This document shows, piece after piece, positions 36,187 to 40,771 of a stretch of DNA of 40,771 bases (the stretch's first letter is position 1; every line of letters starts with the position of its first letter). Source of the DNA: Octopus bimaculoides (Eukaryota); the NCBI RefSeq assembly GCF_001194135.2, contig NC_069003.1, forward strand, positions 27,560,858-27,601,628, written 5' to 3'. The translations under genes were made by a program, and so were the position numbers. Below the pieces are notes generated by a model that was not told the DNA's origin, ran no database searches, and saw nothing but the letters and a program-made list of their open reading frames with translations.

Positions 36187-36260
36187 GGACCACACAGTAG
36201 ATTTGAACTCAATACCACGAAGATGCGAAGCTAGCTTCTTAACCACGCATCAATGCCTGT
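36187..36260 (-). mobile_element. tRNA-derived SINE head in opposite orientation
   Basis: Reverse complement GCGTGGTTAAGAAGCTAGCTTCG...GAGTTCAAATCTACTGTGTGG. Confidence 0.6.
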
Positions 36261-36806
36261 ACAACGCCTAGGTTTGCGTTTACGTACGGAATGGCGGTCT
36301 ACAAACTTCCGCTCACTTCGAAAGCTAGCATTCAGAATAGAGGGAACTAGCTTCATAGTTCATAACGCTATTCAGAGAACGCTTACCTTTGTCTTACCAG
36401 CAGATGAAAGGATAGAAAGCCATTTATTATCTATAAGCAAGAATATGAATGATGCAACTGGTTTGTTTTACATAAGAGTAGAAAGTTGTCGGTCATGCAT
36501 TAATATGTAGTCCCAACTTAGCGTAGGTTATGAATAAATATGTAGAAATATCTATACGGTGTTATTTGCATATGCATAAGAGACCTATGTATACTAAACA
36601 TATGGAGATGTCTCTGTATACATACATTAATACGTTCGTGCGTGCCCAGACATACCAGCATAAGTATGTATATGTTTGTATGTACACACCACCACCCTCA
36701 CACTCATCCCCCCCTCTCTCTCTCTCTCTCACACACACACATATTTCGATGGATGTATACATGTACGTATGTATATTGAGACATACTCATATATGTATGT
36801 ATGTAT

Positions 36807-36850
<44 letters not shown>

Positions 36851-37373
36851 GAATATATGCATGCATGCATAAGTATACATACGTACACACACACACTTAT
36901 GTTCATATGTATATATGTATTTATGTCCGTATATATGTATGTGTATGCATGTATGAATGTGTGCGCTAATTTTTCACAAGTCTGTAAATATATTCACACA
37001 GACACATACACATACATATTTGCGTGTGAATGTGGATTTATGCCTACGCATAGATGTGTGTACGTGTGTGTGTGCGTATGTATGTGAGTGTGTGTGCGCG
37101 TGTGGATATGTATGTGTATTATATATGAAGATAGATGTCCTACTACATGAACATCCAACATAAAACACTAAATGTTCGATATGTGATAAAAAAAGAAATA
37201 TTATTTATTATCTTATAGAATATCACTTATTCTGGAAAATTCTCCAAGTCGTGTCAAAGAAGAATGTTTTATTAAAAACAAATAAGTTTTCTTCTTTATC
37301 GCCCATACATCTGTATCTATTGCATTCATCAGCAAGTAATAATAATAACAATAATGATAATAATAATAATAAT

Positions 37374-37630
37374 GTCCTTTGTGGAATGATAGAAACCATG
37401 CAGACAAATATGTATCCACAACACCAGGAGTTACAATTATGCATAACGCATAGAAAATAGCTCTGCTAGGTAATGCACTGTTCATCTGTAAGGTAGGGTA
37501 CTTTCAATACAATGAAAATAAGAAAATAAAAATAAAACGCTGCACGTACCCAAGGCACGTAGAGAGCTGCCGCCCGGTAGTGCGATGAAAGCACGAAATG
37601 TAAATAAGACTGCTGAATAATAATGATTAT
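37374..37630 (+). mobile_element. R4/Dong-like LINE 3' end embedded in (TAA)n
   Basis: KIALLGNAL matches the C-terminal QKxALLGTAxIL motif of RLE-type LINEs. A short 3' UTR ends in GAATAATAAT, and (TAA)n lies upstream at 37337-37373. Confidence 0.65.
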
Positions 37631-37849
37631 GGGTTACCATGATAATAATTCTTTTATAAGTGCCGATATAAGCAATGCTAAGCGTGTCATACAATAGGAT
37701 TAAAAACACGTGTAAACGTACGTGCGTATACATGTATCTAGTCCTCTGTCTCTCTGTATATATAAATATATATATAATTGTGCACGCGTGTTTGTGTGTG
37801 CGTGCGTGCGTGTGTGTGTGTTTGCATATGTATTTATGAATATATAAAT

Positions 37850-38098
37850 AATCGCAGGCGAAAAAGGATGAAGCGAGGAGAAGAGAAACTGGAACTTGCC
37901 TCCAAGGAAAAACGCACTCAAAGAAAGGAAAAGCCAGTAGCGCCGGCAGAGAGCTTCTCTAAATACAGTCGCTGCATGCGAGACTGCTGCTCCCGCATGG
38001 GCCTGTATATCCACTGTAGATGGTGCACCACCATCAGTAACTGACAAAAATTCTCCAGGCGCATACCTGTGGTCTCATGACACCGATGAATGACTACC
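37850..38098 (+). mobile_element. RTE LINE 3' end
   Basis: KEKRTQRK...SRCMRDCCSRMGLYIHCRWC* matches the RTE C-terminal CxxCxRxCxSRxGLxSHxRxC motif. Confidence 0.75.
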
Positions 38099-38115
38099 AG
38101 TACCAATAGATAATC

Positions 38116-38298
38116 AATACAGCAAGGGTGGAGCACTTGGAGAAAACAGCACTGCTTGGAACTGCTCGAATACTCTGGATGGTACTCGAAAAAATAAGGG
38201 GTGTTACCTTAGTTCATTGGTAGTGAACAGCTGGTACCGTAGTATATCTCCAGCGATAGAAGCTGTGCAAAGACAATAAATAATAATGATAATAATAA
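38116..38298 (+). mobile_element. Second R4/Dong-like LINE 3' end with (TAA)n tail
   Basis: EHLEKTALLGTARILWMVLE, then a 3' UTR and a TAA repeat. Confidence 0.75.
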
Positions 38299-38513
38299 AC
38301 TTTTCTGCTGTTGGGACAAGGTCTGAAATTTGGGGGAGGAGACTAGTCGATTACATCGACCCCAGTGTTTCACTGGTTCTTAATTTATCGACCTCGAAAG
38401 GATGAAAGGCAAAGTCGACCTCGGCGGAATTTGAACTCAGAACGTAGCGACGGGAAAAATACCGCTAAGCATTCCGTCCAACCTGCTAACGATTCTGCTA
38501 GCTTGCCGCCTTA
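38299..38513 (-). mobile_element. SINE family B, full length
   Basis: ...CGAAAGGATGAAAGGCAAAGTCGACCTCGGCGGAATTTGAACTC...GCTTGCCGCCTTA. Confidence 0.92.
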
Positions 38514-38990
38514 ACAGCAACAACAACAGCAACAACGAGAGTAGTATTAAAGGAAGTTCATTGAAAGACATTTGGTAAATGAAATATTCGGAGAAGATTA
38601 GTTTTTGTGATCAACAGGAAAGAGTTCGTCTCAATAAACAATCGATTTAACCATGTCTGGTGACTTTCCATATCGATTATTTTAATGATGCAGTTACACA
38701 GTTTTATTTCCAAAGAAATGTGCGGTCTTATGTGTAAGTGTGTGAGAGTGGACGCGAGCTAGTCTCTATGTGTTACATCGGATCTTGTGTAGTACGCCTG
38801 TTTCGCTACACGGTTTTTGAGCTACCCTGCGACCCTTGGCTTCCCTTCACTTAACTGATCCTCAGTATTAGTATTAAAAAATCCACCAAGCCAGCGTGGC
38901 AGAGTAAACTCATTAAACCAGTGTAATCACAGGCCACTTTCTGTTGGAGGAACATGCTGAGATCTTCGTCCTACAGTAGACTGGACATAT

Positions 38991-39480
38991 ACAATCCAAT
39001 CCAATCCAGTCCAATCCAATCCAAGCAGGTGTAGACGTAATGGGCATATTGCTTTGTTTGACCCCTGTTTTTTGTCGATTAATTCCCAGGCAGCTTTCAT
39101 ATTTTTAACGCCGTTGGCAGTTACGGATTGAATGGTACCGCCTAGGTGTCAAAACCATAACGATATTCGTTGGGCAACTGACTATGGGATGTGTATATTT
39201 CATGTTCGTATTTACTCTGAATTTGTTTTTACTCTACATATTTAGTCTGAAGTTTTCTATCTTGTGTTCTTGTGGTTCTAAGTTGTCCTTCGTTGAAATG
39301 TTAGTCCTTGTATGATTAAAATTAGTTCAAACTTAGTTTCTTGATTTCTTGTGGTTTTGTTGTATATGTTGTACCATACATTCATATTGCGTGATTGTCC
39401 TTCATTGAGATTCTAATTCTGGTAAGGATAATAGTTATTTTGGTGTTTCTAGTTTATTGTAGTTTTGTTCCATTTAGTAT
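38991..39480 (-). mobile_element. Probable degraded non-LTR retrotransposon 3' end with (TTGGA)n tail
   Basis: (TCCAA)n at 38991-39024. The reverse strand gives QLPNEYRYGF / HLGGTIQSVTANGVKNMKAAWELI across a frameshift. Clade not assigned. Confidence 0.35.
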
Positions 39481-39814
39481 ACCTTAAAATATGTAGTAGA
39501 AGAGCAACGATGAGAACTTTACTAATAAAAACAAATACAAACCAAAAATTAATAGGTAGACCTATCTCAGTTCAAATAAGGCACATGATCTAATATTGCT
39601 CAGCGTTTGAAAAATTTAAAACCCAGCCTTAATTATTTTATCAGTTATAGCAGCATTCTCAGTTAGACGAGAGCAGACATAGATACGCACGCTGCTCTCC
39701 AACAGTTTACTCAGCAAAACATACAAGATGTAACAGCTGGAGGAAGATAGGGCTGCACCAATATTCAGCTACTATTTATTTTCAGCTAAGTAACCTGCAG
39801 AAACATAAAATAAA

Positions 39815-39897
39815 GTGCCGTGACGCCCGGTTCAGGAATCGAACCCACAACATTATTATTATGAGTTAGACATCCTAAATATTAGGTCACGCACCTT
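39815..39897 (-). mobile_element. SINE family C-like head
   Basis: Reverse complement AAGGTGCGTGACCTAAT-ATTTAGG...GTGGGTTCGATTCCTG. Confidence 0.55.
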
Positions 39898-40087
39898 GAG
39901 ACGCACACACATACATAGAGATGTCTTTGTATGTGCATGTGTGTTGCACACATGTATATATGTTTGTATGTATGTACATATGCATATACATATATGTGTG
40001 TGTGTGTGTGTATGTATAAATGCGTTTATATGTAAACATCAACATGCAAATATGTTTGTATGCTTATATACAAATTTATCAGAATAT

Positions 40088-40150
40088 TTGGGCTGAAGAT
40101 TGGAATAGTGAAATTTCCATTCACTTAACCATGAAACGATTCGTATCCAA
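40088..40150 (+). ncRNA. Minimal type I hammerhead ribozyme
   Basis: TTGGG-CTGAAGA-T-TGG-AAT-AGTGAA-ATTTCCA-TTCACT-TAA-CCA-T-GAAAC-GATTC-GTA-TCCAA. Intact core, 5-bp helix I, GUA triplet (cut after 40145). Confidence 0.7.
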
Positions 40151-40706
40151 TTAACTAAAGGCTTGGTTTGTTTACGCTTTTCCCTCCGGTTTTTTGTTCT
40201 ATGTGTGCCATAAATATCGCCATCCACTTTAGAGAAAAAATTGTAGTTTGGAATCAGTAGTTCTTTGACTGCTATTTCTAAATTTTCAGTATGTTGGAGA
40301 AGCAACTCAATTGCTAATCCCTGTATATTTATAATGATAAATAGTTTTACCGATAAAGGTTTTTTTCATACTGAACTACTTGGCAAAATTGTTAATTATT
40401 AATTCTATTATTAATTGACGATTCTCTNNNNNNNNNNNNNNNNNNNNNNNNNNNNNNNNNNNNNNNNNNNNNNNNNNNNNNNNNNNNNNNNNNNNNNNNN
40501 NNNNNNNNNNNNNNNNNNNNNNNNNNNNNNNNNNNNNATATATACGTATATATGTATGTATAAATGTGTTTATATGTATGCATCAACATGTACATTTATT
40601 TGTATGCGTGTGTGTGTATGTATGTATACGTATAATTATATATACACATATATGTATGCATGTATAAATGTGTTTATAAGTAAGCATCAAGATGTACATT
40701 CGTTTG

Positions 40707-40744
<38 letters not shown>

Positions 40745-40771
40745 AAAACACATACACACACACATATATAT

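Noticed and set aside
38787-38865. Minus-strand GAAAC-AGGC-GTA-CTAC with a distant CTGAGGA
   Set aside because: The nearest core candidate (CTCAAAA) has two substitutions and there is no helix II; at most a very old remnant.

Overview
AT-rich, microsatellite-dense metazoan genomic DNA with nine N-gaps, almost entirely intronic or intergenic. The SINE families resemble, from memory, those of octopod cephalopods; this is an inference, not a database hit. There are no rRNA genes, intact tRNA genes, CRISPR arrays or prokaryote-like operons, and nearly all listed ORFs are microsatellite translations. The window is a transposon graveyard: three tRNA-headed SINE families (called A, B, C here), three Tc1/mariner transposase remnants, a Helitron 5' fragment, and RTE-like and R4/Dong-like LINE ends. 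The best host-gene candidate is a plus-strand Asn/His/Gln-rich exon at 34038-34619 behind a ~480-nt polypyrimidine tract. The most interesting signal is RNA-structural. Four near-complete minimal type I hammerhead ribozymes (10847-10920 -, 15130-15190 -, 18152-18207 +, 40088-40150 +) and several degenerate or half motifs occur. Most have a 2-3-bp helix III with a palindromic or near-palindromic loop, as in dimer-cleaving Penelope-associated hammerheads. One sits in a ~290-nt retrozyme-like tandem repeat, and two fold-back elements carry hammerhead parts on both strands. All structures were folded by eye, and no activity has been shown.
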